Notes: generated by a model from the letters alone, not told the origin. Shown: positions 38,088 through 48,743, counted from the stretch's first letter. The stretch: DNA of 64,000 nucleotides from Flavobacteriales bacterium (GCA_025055575.1 JANWWP010000066.1:4332-68331); one strand, 5' to 3'. A program made the numbers and translations.

Positions 38088-40589
38088 TTGTCCAGCCCGC
38101 ACCTGCTATCACTTGCGGCTGGGGTTGTTGCCTTTGCATTTCCAATTTTAAAAGGTTGGATGCAAGCGCCGGCTTACAAAGTGAGCGGCCATGTGATAAA
38201 CGAAAAAACCGGCGAGCCTGTGGCATTTGCCAATATTGTCTTTAAAGGCACCCTCATCGGCACCGTAACAGATACCGCCGGCTTTTTCAAGTTGGAAGCC
38301 CGAAAGCCCCATGACAGCCTGAAGATTTCCGCCGTCGGTTTTAAAAGCCGGACCGTGGCGGCCCGCTTTGACGGCAAACCTTTGTGGATACAACTGACTC
38401 CGGCTACCATCGAAATCGGACCCGTGGTCGTGAAAGCCGGCGAGAATCCTGCGTTTCGCATCCTGCGCCGGGTCCATGAACGAAAGCCCTATCACAGCCT
38501 CGAAGGCCTGGACTACTTCCAGTATGAGGTGTACAATAAAATGGAATTTGATATCCATGATTTTAATAAAAAACTCACGCGGAATTTTTTACTCAAACCT
38601 ATTGACTTCATCTTTGAAAATGTGGACACCACACAGGAAGGTAAAGCCATGCTTCCTGTTTTTATCTCTGAAACCATTTCGGATTTCTATTTCCGGCGCG
38701 AACCCAAAGCCGCCCGGGAATACATCCGGGGCAGTAAATTCAGTGGAGTACAAAACCCCAAGCTCGTTCAGATTCTGGGGCAAATGGGTTTCCAGGTGGA
38801 CATTTACAAAGACTTTAATGTGATTTTCAACAAGAATTTTCCCAGCCCCCTCAATCCAGCCCTCAATTTGTATTACCGATATTACCTGGACGACAGCCTC
38901 CATGTGGAAGGACGTCTGACATACCTCATCAACTTTAAACCCCGCAACGACCGCGATATTGGCTTTGAAGGCACCTTACTGATAGATGCCGAGGATTACG
39001 CCGTCAAAGATGTGGACATGCGCTTCTCTGAAAAAGGGAATGTCAACTTTGTCCGCGCCTTTCGGATCAAGCAGGTATTCGAACGTATAGACAGCGCCGG
39101 CCGCTGGTTTTTATCCAAAAATGCCATCATCGCCGATCTTACTGTCTTAGAAAAGGAAAAAAACCTGATGGGTGTGCTGGCCCGCCGCACCACCACCTAC
39201 CGCAAAATCACTCTGAACCAGCCCGCGGAAGCGCGATTTTATGGTGGTGTGGATGATGTGGTTGTGCTGGAAGGCGCCGACCAGAGGGATGATCAATTCT
39301 GGCGTGAAGTGCGCCATGAGGCTTTGGTGAAGCGCGAAGAAAATATTTATAAAATGGTGGATAGCCTGAATAAAAACAAATATTTTAAGTTTTTAAAGGA
39401 ATCGGTGCGGGTTTTAGGTTCAGGCTATGCGCGGGTGGGTAAATTCGACATTGGCAACATCCACACATTTGTCAGCTGGAACCCTTCAGAAGGCTGGCGC
39501 GGCAAGATCGGCGCCCGCACCAACCGTTTTCTGAGCAAATATGTGGAAGGCAACGGCTGGCTGGCTTACGGCTTTCGCGACCGCACGGTGAAATACGGGG
39601 CCGAATTTGTGTACTTCCCATTGAGCATGTTCCGCCGCCGGCACAACGTTGGCGCCTCCTACAAATTTGATATGGAGCAGATTGGCCTCAGCAACAACGC
39701 TCTTTCGGTGGATCACTTTATGACGGCCCTCTTTCGCACCGGCCCGTTTGACCGGCTCACCCTCACACGCGAAGGTATCCTGTGGTACGAACACAATTGG
39801 TTTGCAGGGTTCGTGACGCGTCTTTCCTTTATTTACCGCGACGTGGCGCCGCGGGGCACTTTCCGCTTCCAAACCCTGGATGCCCATGGCGACCTGGCTG
39901 AGTTTCCCAGCCTCCAAAATGCCGAATTGCGCTTCAACCTGCGCTTTGCTTTCCGCGAACGGGTGCTCAGCAGCGATTTCAGACGCCGGGTTTTCATCAA
40001 CAAATATCCCGTTGTGGCCGCCGAGGTGGGCAAAGGATTCTCGGGCATTTTAAACAGCGACTTTGACTTCCTGCGTGCCAAACTTCAAATCAACCACAGA
40101 CTGCGCATCGGCAAACTGGGCTTCATTGATTATATGCTGGAAGGCGGTCGCACCTGGGGCCGGGTACCCTATTACATGATGGAAATCCACACCGCCAATC
40201 AGAACATCGTGAATGACGAAGCGGCCTTTAACCTCATGAAATTCTACGAATTCGTGAGCGACCGCTATTTGGCTTTTTACATGGAAAACCACTTCGAAGG
40301 TTTTTTCTTTAACCGGATTCCGGGAATCCGAAAGCTCAAATGGCGTGAATTTTTAGTGAACAAAATCCTGATCGGCTACATGGATCCTCAAAACCGCAAC
40401 TATCCTCTGCTTTACCCCGCGGGTCTCAACAGTTTGAACCCCCGCCTTCCCTACTGGGAAACCGGCTTTGGGTTGGAAAATATTTTCAAAATCCTACGGA
40501 TTGATTTTCTCTGGCGCGTCACCTACCGCACGAGCAACCGCTTTGATTACGGCTGGTCCATCAAGCCTTCTCTCTATTTGAGATTTTAA
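38088..40589 (+). CDS. Large secreted protein with an N-terminal carboxypeptidase-regulatory-like (CarbopepD_reg) domain and a ~700-aa beta-rich domain (DUF5686-like). Start uncertain.
   Basis: VSGHVINEKTGEPVAFANIVFKGTLIGTVTDTAGFFKLE is a typical CarbopepD_reg fold. The track ORF start at 37833 overlaps the GT2 gene by 240 nt. An in-frame TTG at 38088 gives a signal peptide, and the first ATG is at 38160. Confidence 0.5.
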   Translation: MSSPHLLSLAAGVVAFAFPILKGWMQAPAYKVSGHVINEKTGEPVAFANIVFKGTLIGTVTDTAGFFKLEARKPHDSLKISAVGFKSRTVAARFDGKPLWIQLTPATIEIGPVVVKAGENPAFRILRRVHERKPYHSLEGLDYFQYEVYNKMEFDIHDFNKKLTRNFLLKPIDFIFENVDTTQEGKAMLPVFISETISDFYFRREPKAAREYIRGSKFSGVQNPKLVQILGQMGFQVDIYKDFNVIFNKNFPSPLNPALNLYYRYYLDDSLHVEGRLTYLINFKPRNDRDIGFEGTLLIDAEDYAVKDVDMRFSEKGNVNFVRAFRIKQVFERIDSAGRWFLSKNAIIADLTVLEKEKNLMGVLARRTTTYRKITLNQPAEARFYGGVDDVVVLEGADQRDDQFWREVRHEALVKREENIYKMVDSLNKNKYFKFLKESVRVLGSGYARVGKFDIGNIHTFVSWNPSEGWRGKIGARTNRFLSKYVEGNGWLAYGFRDRTVKYGAEFVYFPLSMFRRRHNVGASYKFDMEQIGLSNNALSVDHFMTALFRTGPFDRLTLTREGILWYEHNWFAGFVTRLSFIYRDVAPRGTFRFQTLDAHGDLAEFPSLQNAELRFNLRFAFRERVLSSDFRRRVFINKYPVVAAEVGKGFSGILNSDFDFLRAKLQINHRLRIGKLGFIDYMLEGGRTWGRVPYYMMEIHTANQNIVNDEAAFNLMKFYEFVSDRYLAFYMENHFEGFFFNRIPGIRKLKWREFLVNKILIGYMDPQNRNYPLLYPAGLNSLNPRLPYWETGFGLENIFKILRIDFLWRVTYRTSNRFDYGWSIKPSLYLRF

Positions 40590-40654
40590 ACCCGGAAAAA
40601 AAGTGTCGAGATTTTGAACGAAAAAATCAGGCATAGGGTCTTACTACCCACCCA

Positions 40655-43324
40655 TCATCTTTGAATGACAAATCTCTGTCTGGCCGCTCCTTTATCATAT
40701 ACATATTCCAACCAATACACGCCCGGGGCAAAGTGTTCGCAAGGCAGAACGAGAGAAGTTGTGCCCGCTGGCAGGATCATCCGATGCACGCGGCGGCCCT
40801 GAGCATCTGTCAAATGTAAAGCAGCCGACTGCGAACTTTCCGGTAAGTCCCGTATCATCACATGAAGTGTGGCTGGATTGGGATACATTAAAAAGCCCGG
40901 GGCATAGGACGGTGCATCCAGTGCAACGGAGGACTGGGCATATACGGTGGTGGCTGTGTTGGTGCGGATAGGCAGATTGTAGTCAAAATAGATATCGGCA
41001 AAGTTGCCCACCACTTCATTTAAGGACCAGGTGGGCACGTGTTGGATCCGAAATTTAACAAATCCGCAGGAACCGATGGGGTCACTGGCGCTGTCGGGCA
41101 GCATGATGTTGTCAAAGCGGAACTCGAGGATGTGGCCGTCCCGAAAAGTCCAATCCATCGGCTGGTGGCTGGAACTGATGATTTGAATGGTTTGGGGAAG
41201 CAGGAGAGACGATAAGGTGTCGCGCAGGAGCACAGTGTGAGCCGGCGCATTACCTACATTTTGGAAATGAATGGTATATGTGAGAAACGAAGGCGGATTC
41301 ACGGACCACAAAGTGTCTTTGTCCACTTCCTTATAGTTGGGATCGTAAGGGCCCACCACAGTAAGATTGGCCACCGAAACATTATCGGCCGGCTGATTGT
41401 CATTGGCTTGCGGATACACCTGAGCTGTGGCCGCGACAGGCGCTCCGAGCGGCGCGGAAACCGGCACCTGAAACTGCACCACCATCACCGCCGAAGCGAG
41501 TGGATTGAGGGTTCCAAGATTCCAAGTCAGCGTGTTGGCATTAAAGTAATCGAAAGGGGGCGCCGCCGTCAGAAAATTGACGAGCGGTGAAAATTCCAAA
41601 GACACAGAGGCATTCTGAGCTACGGTGCCCACATTCTGGCACGTGATCAAATAGGCCAGAACATAGCCTGGCTTTGGCAAAGTGAGGGCGGTCAGGTCCA
41701 CCCGGAGATCGTGCACGTTGCCTTGAGGCATGAGGGGAAAATCATGGCCCGACGAAATGGCTCCCAAAGCGGGAAAAGCAACCGTGTAATTAGAAGGCCC
41801 TGTGGGTGTATAGTATTGAGGCACTGTGGCCAGCGCCACACTGTGAGAACCTTGGGGAACAGGTAGATCATAAAAGCCGTTGGACCCCGAATGCGTGATG
41901 AACGCGGGATTATTATTAGCCCACACAACCACCTGGGGCAGAGCCATTTCCGTACTATCCCAAAGACCATTGCCATTGAGATCAGAATAAATCTTACCCT
42001 GAATCCTGTTGCCTTCCGGATGAATTTTAGCCACAAGCCCGACACTCACTGTGGCTGAAAGCCCCCCCAGGGTCGTATGGCCATAGGCCACGGTGCCCAC
42101 ATACAAGGCGTCCGAGGACATCGCCAGGGATTGCATCAGATGGTTGTTGGAAGCGCCGTCGGTCTGAATGACCCAGTCCGGGCTTCCGTCTGGATTGAGG
42201 CGGGCTACAAAATTTCGGTATGTTCCATTGGCGGAGAGCAGATGCGTGCCCCAAGGAAAGGAAACATTAAAATTGCCCACAACAAATACGTCCCCATTGG
42301 GTGCGCAGCGCAACTCCTTGCCTTCCTCATTGCCCGGTCCGCCCACATTATAAACCCACTCGTAGGCGCCACCGGCATTGATTTTGCCCAGCAAAATATC
42401 ATCCCCTCCAAGTCCGGTTAGCTGAATTGTATCAAATTGGGCCTGGGTATCAAAGTTTCCTGTAAAATAGAGGTTGCCTTGTGCATCGGCACTTGCGCCT
42501 ACCACTTCGCCGCTAAAAGAGGATAAGGCGCTCCACTGAAACTGTCCGGCGCCATTGAACTTGGCTATAAAATGATTATGGCCCTGCATGCTCTGGCTGC
42601 TGCCTGCATAGGAAACCGTGGCCGATGTGCTGAAACCGCAGACATACACATTGTCCCAGGCATCGCTGGCCAGGGTCCACATGGATTCAATGCCCGGCCC
42701 CCCAATAGAGGCTCCCCATAATAAAGTGCCGTTATTATCCAGCTTAATGAGAAACACCTCATAGCTTGGACCCGACATGTTAAAACTGCCATACGAAAAG
42801 TTCCCCACAAAAATTCCGGAGACATAGATCTCTCCAGCCGGATTGATCTCCAGGCCCAAACCTGAATCATTACCAGCACCACCGGCGCGGGCGGCGTACA
42901 AAACGGCGCCGCTGGCCGCGTCTAATTTTACGATAAACACATCGTTGCTGCCCAGGGAAGTGAGAGTATAGGAACCGATGGTTAAGGTTCCCTGGAAAAT
43001 ACCTAAAACCCATACGTGCCCATTATGGTCATACTCAATATCATAGACGTAATCACCTCCGGTGCCGCCCCAATTCTGAACCCATAATACCTGGCCGGCC
43101 GGGTTGCGTTTGACCACGGCCACATCTTGCTGCCCTAAAGAATTGAGGGTTTGGCCTCCAATGTTGGCCGTACCCACAAACTGTCCTGCAGCAAAGGAAT
43201 TATTCAGTATATCAGTGCACAAACGCCCGGGCGCCAAATCATCCGTCTGAAGCCATTCCGAAACCTGACCATAAGCGCATCCGAAGAGAAGATAAGAAAA
43301 AGCAAAAAAAAGATTTTTGTACAT
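40655..43324 (-). CDS. Secreted beta-propeller (SBBP-repeat) protein with a T9SS type-A C-terminal sorting domain
   Basis: Repeated YxxGxxxGxDxGxxIxxDxxGNVYVxGxF units. C-terminus ...FAPGVYWLEYVYDKGAARQRFVIQR is typical of Por_Secre_tail. Confidence 0.65.
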   Translation of the reverse strand: MYKNLFFAFSYLLFGCAYGQVSEWLQTDDLAPGRLCTDILNNSFAAGQFVGTANIGGQTLNSLGQQDVAVVKRNPAGQVLWVQNWGGTGGDYVYDIEYDHNGHVWVLGIFQGTLTIGSYTLTSLGSNDVFIVKLDAASGAVLYAARAGGAGNDSGLGLEINPAGEIYVSGIFVGNFSYGSFNMSGPSYEVFLIKLDNNGTLLWGASIGGPGIESMWTLASDAWDNVYVCGFSTSATVSYAGSSQSMQGHNHFIAKFNGAGQFQWSALSSFSGEVVGASADAQGNLYFTGNFDTQAQFDTIQLTGLGGDDILLGKINAGGAYEWVYNVGGPGNEEGKELRCAPNGDVFVVGNFNVSFPWGTHLLSANGTYRNFVARLNPDGSPDWVIQTDGASNNHLMQSLAMSSDALYVGTVAYGHTTLGGLSATVSVGLVAKIHPEGNRIQGKIYSDLNGNGLWDSTEMALPQVVVWANNNPAFITHSGSNGFYDLPVPQGSHSVALATVPQYYTPTGPSNYTVAFPALGAISSGHDFPLMPQGNVHDLRVDLTALTLPKPGYVLAYLITCQNVGTVAQNASVSLEFSPLVNFLTAAPPFDYFNANTLTWNLGTLNPLASAVMVVQFQVPVSAPLGAPVAATAQVYPQANDNQPADNVSVANLTVVGPYDPNYKEVDKDTLWSVNPPSFLTYTIHFQNVGNAPAHTVLLRDTLSSLLLPQTIQIISSSHQPMDWTFRDGHILEFRFDNIMLPDSASDPIGSCGFVKFRIQHVPTWSLNEVVGNFADIYFDYNLPIRTNTATTVYAQSSVALDAPSYAPGFLMYPNPATLHVMIRDLPESSQSAALHLTDAQGRRVHRMILPAGTTSLVLPCEHFAPGVYWLEYVYDKGAARQRFVIQR

Positions 43325-43626
43325 AACAATTTCAATTCTTAAACTTTAACTGTTTGTTGGAACGTTCATGAGACGCCTGAAATTCTGGAAAGGTTGCTTT
43401 CACAGAACCTAATTTATTCTTTGAAAATTAAAATTTAATATTAATAAATATATTTGGCTCATGTAGAAAAATTTATTTCAAATTCGGAAAGATGCTTTCA
43501 ATATATTTTTTGCTATTCTCCGCCTAGAAATCTTTTAAATAAAATATTTAGAAAAATTCAATTTCTAATTTTGAACTACTGAAAAATATAATGGATGTTA
43601 TGAATTATTTTGGAGATTTTCTGATG

Positions 43627-43641
43627 TTATTTTGCCATCCC
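43627..43641 (+). promoter_or_regulatory. TTATTTTGCCATCCC motif 13 nt upstream of the panB start, with a TTTG about 16 nt further upstream as a -33-like element
   Basis: Identical to the 15-mer at 36359..36373. Confidence 0.3.
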
Positions 43642-43654
43642 ATTCCAAACCATT

Positions 43655-44470
43655 ATGTCCACGCACGGCGAAATTAGAAAGGTGACCACCCACCGGCTTC
43701 AGGAAATGAAACAAGCCGGGGAAAAAATCGCCATGCTCACGGCATACGACTTCACGATGGCGCGTCTGATTGACAAAGCAGGCATCGATGTCATTTTAGT
43801 GGGGGATTCGGCCTCCAATATCATGGCAGGCCACGAAACCACGCTTCCCATCACCTTAGACCAAATGATTTATCACGCCGCTTCGGTGATTCGTGGAGTC
43901 CAACGGGCCCTGGTGGTGGTGGATCTGCCCTTTGGCAGTTATCAGGGCAATTCCAAAGAAGCCTTGAACTCAGCCATCCGCATCATGAAGGAAACCGGAG
44001 CCCATGCTGTGAAAATGGAAGGGGGCAGCGAAATTGAGGAATCTGTGCGGCGCATCCTATCGGCTGGAATTCCCGTGATGGGCCACCTGGGGCTCACCCC
44101 TCAATCTATTTACAAATTTGGAACATACACCGTACGGGCCCGGGAAGAAAAAGAAGCCGCCAAGCTCCGGGCGGATGCGGCCTTGCTGGAAGAACTGGGA
44201 TGTTTTTCTATCGTGCTTGAAAAAGTGCCGGCGGCCCTGGGCAGAGAGGTGGCACAATCTTTACACATTCCCGTGATTGGTATTGGCGCCGGATCGGGTG
44301 TGGACGGCCAAGTGCTCGTGACGCACGATATGCTGGGCATTAACCACGAATTTCGACCCCGCTTTCTGCGTCAATATTTGCAACTGCATGAACTGATGAC
44401 CCACGCTTTCCAGCAATACATCCAGGACGTTAAAACCGGGCAGTTTCCCTCTACCTCCGAACAATACTAG
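43655..44470 (+). CDS. panB: 3-methyl-2-oxobutanoate hydroxymethyltransferase
   Basis: [29 protein letters not shown], and the PanB active-site context. Confidence 0.9.
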   Translation: MSTHGEIRKVTTHRLQEMKQAGEKIAMLTAYDFTMARLIDKAGIDVILVGDSASNIMAGHETTLPITLDQMIYHAASVIRGVQRALVVVDLPFGSYQGNSKEALNSAIRIMKETGAHAVKMEGGSEIEESVRRILSAGIPVMGHLGLTPQSIYKFGTYTVRAREEKEAAKLRADAALLEELGCFSIVLEKVPAALGREVAQSLHIPVIGIGAGSGVDGQVLVTHDMLGINHEFRPRFLRQYLQLHELMTHAFQQYIQDVKTGQFPSTSEQY

Positions 44471-45288
44471 GCCGGTGATACGACGTCCTCAACCCGACCC
44501 AGTTGGGCCAGAGCTTTGATATTTTTTAAAACAATCTTTTTTCCAGGGGTGTCAATCAGACCCTCAGCTTTCAGGTCGCTTAGGATGCGAATCAGGGATT
44601 CGGTGGCTGTGCCCACAAGGCTGGCCAGATCATCCCGGGTCAGCCGCACGTCGACAGCATTATCGGAGTCGGTTCCAAAATCCTGACGAAGGAGTAATAG
44701 TATCTCTGCCACCCTTTCTTTCACAGATTTTTGAGCCATGTTGGTGATAATACGTGCCGCTTCTCCCAACTCATGGCAGGCCCGCCTCATCAGGACCATG
44801 GAAAATGTGGCCTCGCTCCGAAGAAGCCTTAGGATCACTTCTTTGGGGATGAAACACACTTCGGTTTCTTCCAGGCACGCCGCGGAGGACGAATAAGGTT
44901 CCCCGCTCAGAAGGGCTCGGTAGCCAATGAGATCCCCGCTTTTGGCAAATCGGATTATTTGGTCGCGGCCGTCGATGCCGGTCTTGTATAGCTTTATTTT
45001 CCCTTTACTAACACAATACACGCCATGCGGAAAACCTCCCTCATGAAAAATATTTTCTCCTTTTTTAAAAGTGTAACAAACTTTTTTCTGGTCTAATTCC
45101 TCATAGGACAGATTTTCAAAATCGCAAAAAGCCGATTGATGGCGGCTTGAGCAAAATACGCAGGGCGGTTTCTCGGAGCTTTTTCTCACTTTCTGATAAG
45201 ACTTTTCAAAATTATGATAAAACTGACAAAAATCATTTTTACACTTCTCAAATACTTCCAATTTTGATGCCTGATGCTGGAGACTCAA
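44467..45288 (-). CDS. Crp/Fnr-family transcriptional regulator with an N-terminal Cys-rich extension (FNR-like)
   Basis: cNMP-binding beta-roll ([25 protein letters not shown]), C-terminal HTH ([22 protein letters not shown]). N-terminal cysteines CQFY...CVFCSS...C. Confidence 0.75.
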   Translation of the reverse strand: MSLQHQASKLEVFEKCKNDFCQFYHNFEKSYQKVRKSSEKPPCVFCSSRHQSAFCDFENLSYEELDQKKVCYTFKKGENIFHEGGFPHGVYCVSKGKIKLYKTGIDGRDQIIRFAKSGDLIGYRALLSGEPYSSSAACLEETEVCFIPKEVILRLLRSEATFSMVLMRRACHELGEAARIITNMAQKSVKERVAEILLLLRQDFGTDSDNAVDVRLTRDDLASLVGTATESLIRILSDLKAEGLIDTPGKKIVLKNIKALAQLGRVEDVVSPA

Positions 45289-47712
45289 CTAGACAGCTCC
45301 CAAAATGTGGATACTGAACGTCTTTCCTGTTTTCATTGCGGGCAGAAGTGCGAAGGCCAACCGGTGGTGTGGGATGAGCATGCTTTCTGCTGCCAGGGCT
45401 GCGCTGTGGTCTACGACCTTCTGACCACCCATGGCCTTGACACCTATTATGCTCTGGGAGAAAAACCGGGCATTTCCATGCGTCAGAAACCGGACAACGA
45501 CCAATACGCCTTCCTGGATATTCCTGAAGTCGTGGACGCCCTGGCTGACTTCCATGATGGGAAGACACTCCGACTGACCTTTGAAATTCCGGCTATCCAC
45601 TGTGCTTCCTGCGTGTGGCTCCTGGAAAATTTGCACAGACTGGAACCGGGCATCCGCCAGGCTCAGGTGCAGTTTCTTCGGAAAGAGGTAGCCTTCATCC
45701 TGGATACCGAACACATCACCCTGAGGCAGCTGGCCGAACGGCTGCACAGTTTGGGTTATGGCCCCCGCATTCAGCTGGACGCCACAGAGAAAAAAAGACC
45801 CCTCCGGAATTCTGGAAAAGATTTTTTGAATCGGCTGGGAGTGGCGGGCTTCTGCTTCGGAAATATTATGCTGCTCAGCTTTCCGGAATATTTCCACCTG
45901 GATGCGGTGGCTGAATCTTCCTTTCGCCGATTCTTTGGCTGGCTGAATCTGTTTTTGGCTCTGCCGGTGCTATTTTATAGCTCCAGGGATTTTTTTCACT
46001 CGGCTTTTGTGGCGTTGCGCCACAGGGTGGTCAATATTGACGTGCCCCTGGCACTGGGCATCGTGGTCATGTTTGTACGCAGTGCTTGGGAAATCATTTC
46101 CGGCACCGGTGCCGGATTTATGGATGCCCTGGCCGGCCTTGTTTTCCTCCTTTTAGTGGGTCGTTGGTTTCAAAATAAATCTTTTGAAACGCTCTCTTTT
46201 GAACGCCACTTTAAATCTTATTTTCCCCTCAGCGTCAACGTGGAGACCCCGCAAGGCCTCAAGCCGGTCCCTTTAGAGGGTTTAAAACCCGGGGATGTGG
46301 TGGTGCTTAAAAATCAGGAACTCATCCCGGCCGACGGGGTGGTGGAAGAGGGCGTGGGGCAAATCGATTACAGCTTTGTGACGGGCGAAACCTTACCTGT
46401 GCAACGCGTGCCCGGCGAAAAAGTATTCGCCGGCGGCCGGCAAACAGGAGGCATGTTGAAAGTGCGACTGACAAAAAATATTTCCCAAAGCTACCTCACC
46501 GCCCTCTGGAATGCTCCAGCCTTTCAGAATGCCCGCCCGGCTTTTCTCTCTTCCAGAACCCATGTGGTGAGCCGCTATTTTACTTTAGCCCAATTGCTCG
46601 TTGCCGGCCTGGGGGCCGCCATATGGCTGCCCGTGGATGCCGGGCGTGCGCTGCACGTTTTTACATCCGTCCTCATCATCACCTGCCCCTGCGCCTTGGC
46701 ACTCACAGTGCCCTTTGCTTTCGGAAATTCTCTCCGGATTCTGAGCCGCCGAAAGTTTTATCTCAAGAATGCCGACGTTATTGAAAGTCTGGCGCGGGTG
46801 GATACTGTAATCTTTGACAAAACAGGCACTTTGACGAAACCGGATGAAAAATCCGTGGAATATACAGGAACACCCTTGACGGAGCAAGAGCAAAGCCTTA
46901 TCCGATGGGCATGCCTCACTTCCACCCATCCTCTTAGCGCCAGCCTGGCCTCCCATCTTGAAAAGATTCCCATACCTGAGCAAGGCCCACCCGTACAAGA
47001 AATTCCCGGGAAAGGCCTTTCGTGTGGCCCTCTTCAACTGGGCTCTGCAGAATTTTTAGGACAGGAGGCCCGGGCCGCTGATGCGTTTCTGGACAACTCC
47101 AGCGCGCAAGTGTATGTGGCGTTCGGGGAAGAAGTCAAAGGGCACTTTACCATCCAAAGTCATTTTCGGGAAGGCCTCCCGGAGCTCTCAGAACACCTCA
47201 CGCGAATGGGACAACGGTTGGCTGTCCTCTCCGGCGACAAAGACCACGAGAAACCCATTTTGCAACAAATTCTCGGGGCCCAAGTGGAAATGGCCTTTCG
47301 CCAAAAGCCTGAAGATAAAATGCATTTCATTCAGAAGCTTCAAAAAACGGGTCGTTGCACCCTGATGCTGGGGGATGGCCTCAACGATGCCGGCGCCTTG
47401 CGCCAGGCGGATGTCGGTGTGGCCCTCACAGAAGAAAACGGCGTCTTTTTCCCGGCCTCAGATGCCATGTTGCGGGCTTCCGCCTTGCCACAACTGCCGG
47501 CTTTTTTGAAGCAGGCCCGCCACACTCTTCTCACTGTCCGCCTGTCCTTTATCATTTCCTTGTTTTACAACAGCGTAGGGCTATATTTTGCCTTAACAGG
47601 AACGTTGAGGCCGGTGGTGGCCGCCGTTCTCATGCCAGTGAGTTCTGTGACTGTAATGCTGTTTACAGTGGGAACCACATTTTTATTCGCACGAAAAAAT
47701 AAATTACTATAA
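45274..47712 (+). CDS. ccoI: P1B-type heavy-metal (copper) translocating ATPase of the CcoI/FixI type
   Basis: N-terminal CFHCGQKC...FCCQGC, TM CPC motif (IITCPCALAL), DKTGTLT, GDGLNDAGAL. Confidence 0.85.
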   Translation: MLETQLDSSQNVDTERLSCFHCGQKCEGQPVVWDEHAFCCQGCAVVYDLLTTHGLDTYYALGEKPGISMRQKPDNDQYAFLDIPEVVDALADFHDGKTLRLTFEIPAIHCASCVWLLENLHRLEPGIRQAQVQFLRKEVAFILDTEHITLRQLAERLHSLGYGPRIQLDATEKKRPLRNSGKDFLNRLGVAGFCFGNIMLLSFPEYFHLDAVAESSFRRFFGWLNLFLALPVLFYSSRDFFHSAFVALRHRVVNIDVPLALGIVVMFVRSAWEIISGTGAGFMDALAGLVFLLLVGRWFQNKSFETLSFERHFKSYFPLSVNVETPQGLKPVPLEGLKPGDVVVLKNQELIPADGVVEEGVGQIDYSFVTGETLPVQRVPGEKVFAGGRQTGGMLKVRLTKNISQSYLTALWNAPAFQNARPAFLSSRTHVVSRYFTLAQLLVAGLGAAIWLPVDAGRALHVFTSVLIITCPCALALTVPFAFGNSLRILSRRKFYLKNADVIESLARVDTVIFDKTGTLTKPDEKSVEYTGTPLTEQEQSLIRWACLTSTHPLSASLASHLEKIPIPEQGPPVQEIPGKGLSCGPLQLGSAEFLGQEARAADAFLDNSSAQVYVAFGEEVKGHFTIQSHFREGLPELSEHLTRMGQRLAVLSGDKDHEKPILQQILGAQVEMAFRQKPEDKMHFIQKLQKTGRCTLMLGDGLNDAGALRQADVGVALTEENGVFFPASDAMLRASALPQLPAFLKQARHTLLTVRLSFIISLFYNSVGLYFALTGTLRPVVAAVLMPVSSVTVMLFTVGTTFLFARKNKLL

Positions 47713-47902
47713 GATGTTAAAATGTTTATTATCAAGACAGTGGAGTTTATTTTCCTTGATTAAATTTCTTGGATAACACAAGGAATGGGTTACGGGTTGA
47801 GACAATATAATATCCCATTTCTCAGATAGGTCCTGAGACTCCATACGGGCTAAAGGATTTAGACTCCGACATTGGTGTCTTTTTCTTTTTATTTGCCAAT
47901 GT

Positions 47903-48691
47903 GTGACCAACCCGAAAAAAAATGGTATCTCACCGGGGGAAAGTTGCTGTATGAAAAAGGAAAAATCCGGAACCTGTCAGAAAAAAATTCCTGATCTGGC
48001 ACACAGAATTGTTTACGAAGACAACCATCTTCTGGTGATCAATAAATGGTCTTCCGAAATCGTTCAGTCGGATAAAACCGGAGACCTTCCCTTGTGTGAA
48101 CAGGCAAAGTCTTTCTTGAAAACAAAGTATCAAAAGCCTGGACAGGTTTTTTGTGGGGTGGTGCATCGGCTGGACCGCCCGGTGTCGGGGTTGGTGCTAT
48201 TTGCCAAAACAGGAAAAGCCTTGGCGCGGTTAAATAAATTGCTTCAGGAACGTCAAATCCGGAAGTTTTACTGGGCGCTCACACGGCAGGCTCCCCCTCA
48301 GGATGCAGGAATCCTCGAAGGCTTTCTGACGCGCAATAAACGCTTGAATAAAAGTTTTTTTTCTCCGACGGAGTCCCCTGAGGCTCTTTCGGCTTCTCTG
48401 GCATTTAAAGTCCTCCACAGGTTTGACCGTTTAACTCTTTTAGAAATTGAATTATTCACAGGTCGCCACCATCAGATACGCGCATCTTTGGCTTTTTTGA
48501 AGTGCCCCGTGGCCGGTGACGTCAAATATGGGGATCGAAGGGCCTTGAGAGACCAGTCTATTGCCCTACATGCACGAAGGCTCGAACTGGTCCATCCCGT
48601 CAGCGGGGAAAGACTTCTTTTGGAAGGCCCTTGTCCCTCGGGCGGCATTTGGGAATCCGTAGGCTTATGCAATGAAGGAGATCCTTATTAA
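47903..48691 (+). CDS. RluA-family pseudouridine synthase
   Basis: HRLDRPVSGLVLFAKT catalytic-Asp motif. Confidence 0.8.
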   Translation: MTNPKKNGISPGESCCMKKEKSGTCQKKIPDLAHRIVYEDNHLLVINKWSSEIVQSDKTGDLPLCEQAKSFLKTKYQKPGQVFCGVVHRLDRPVSGLVLFAKTGKALARLNKLLQERQIRKFYWALTRQAPPQDAGILEGFLTRNKRLNKSFFSPTESPEALSASLAFKVLHRFDRLTLLEIELFTGRHHQIRASLAFLKCPVAGDVKYGDRRALRDQSIALHARRLELVHPVSGERLLLEGPCPSGGIWESVGLCNEGDPY

Positions 48692-48743
48692 CTTTGCGGC
48701 CCGAAAATTGCATACAACCCCTGTGTTAAATACTAATTCCATC

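Noticed and set aside
47713-47902. Possible structured RNA or terminator in the 190-nt gap after the copper ATPase gene
   Set aside because: Only short, imperfect complementary stretches (agac...gtct). No convincing stem-loop with a T-run and no tRNA or riboswitch-like conservation recognised.
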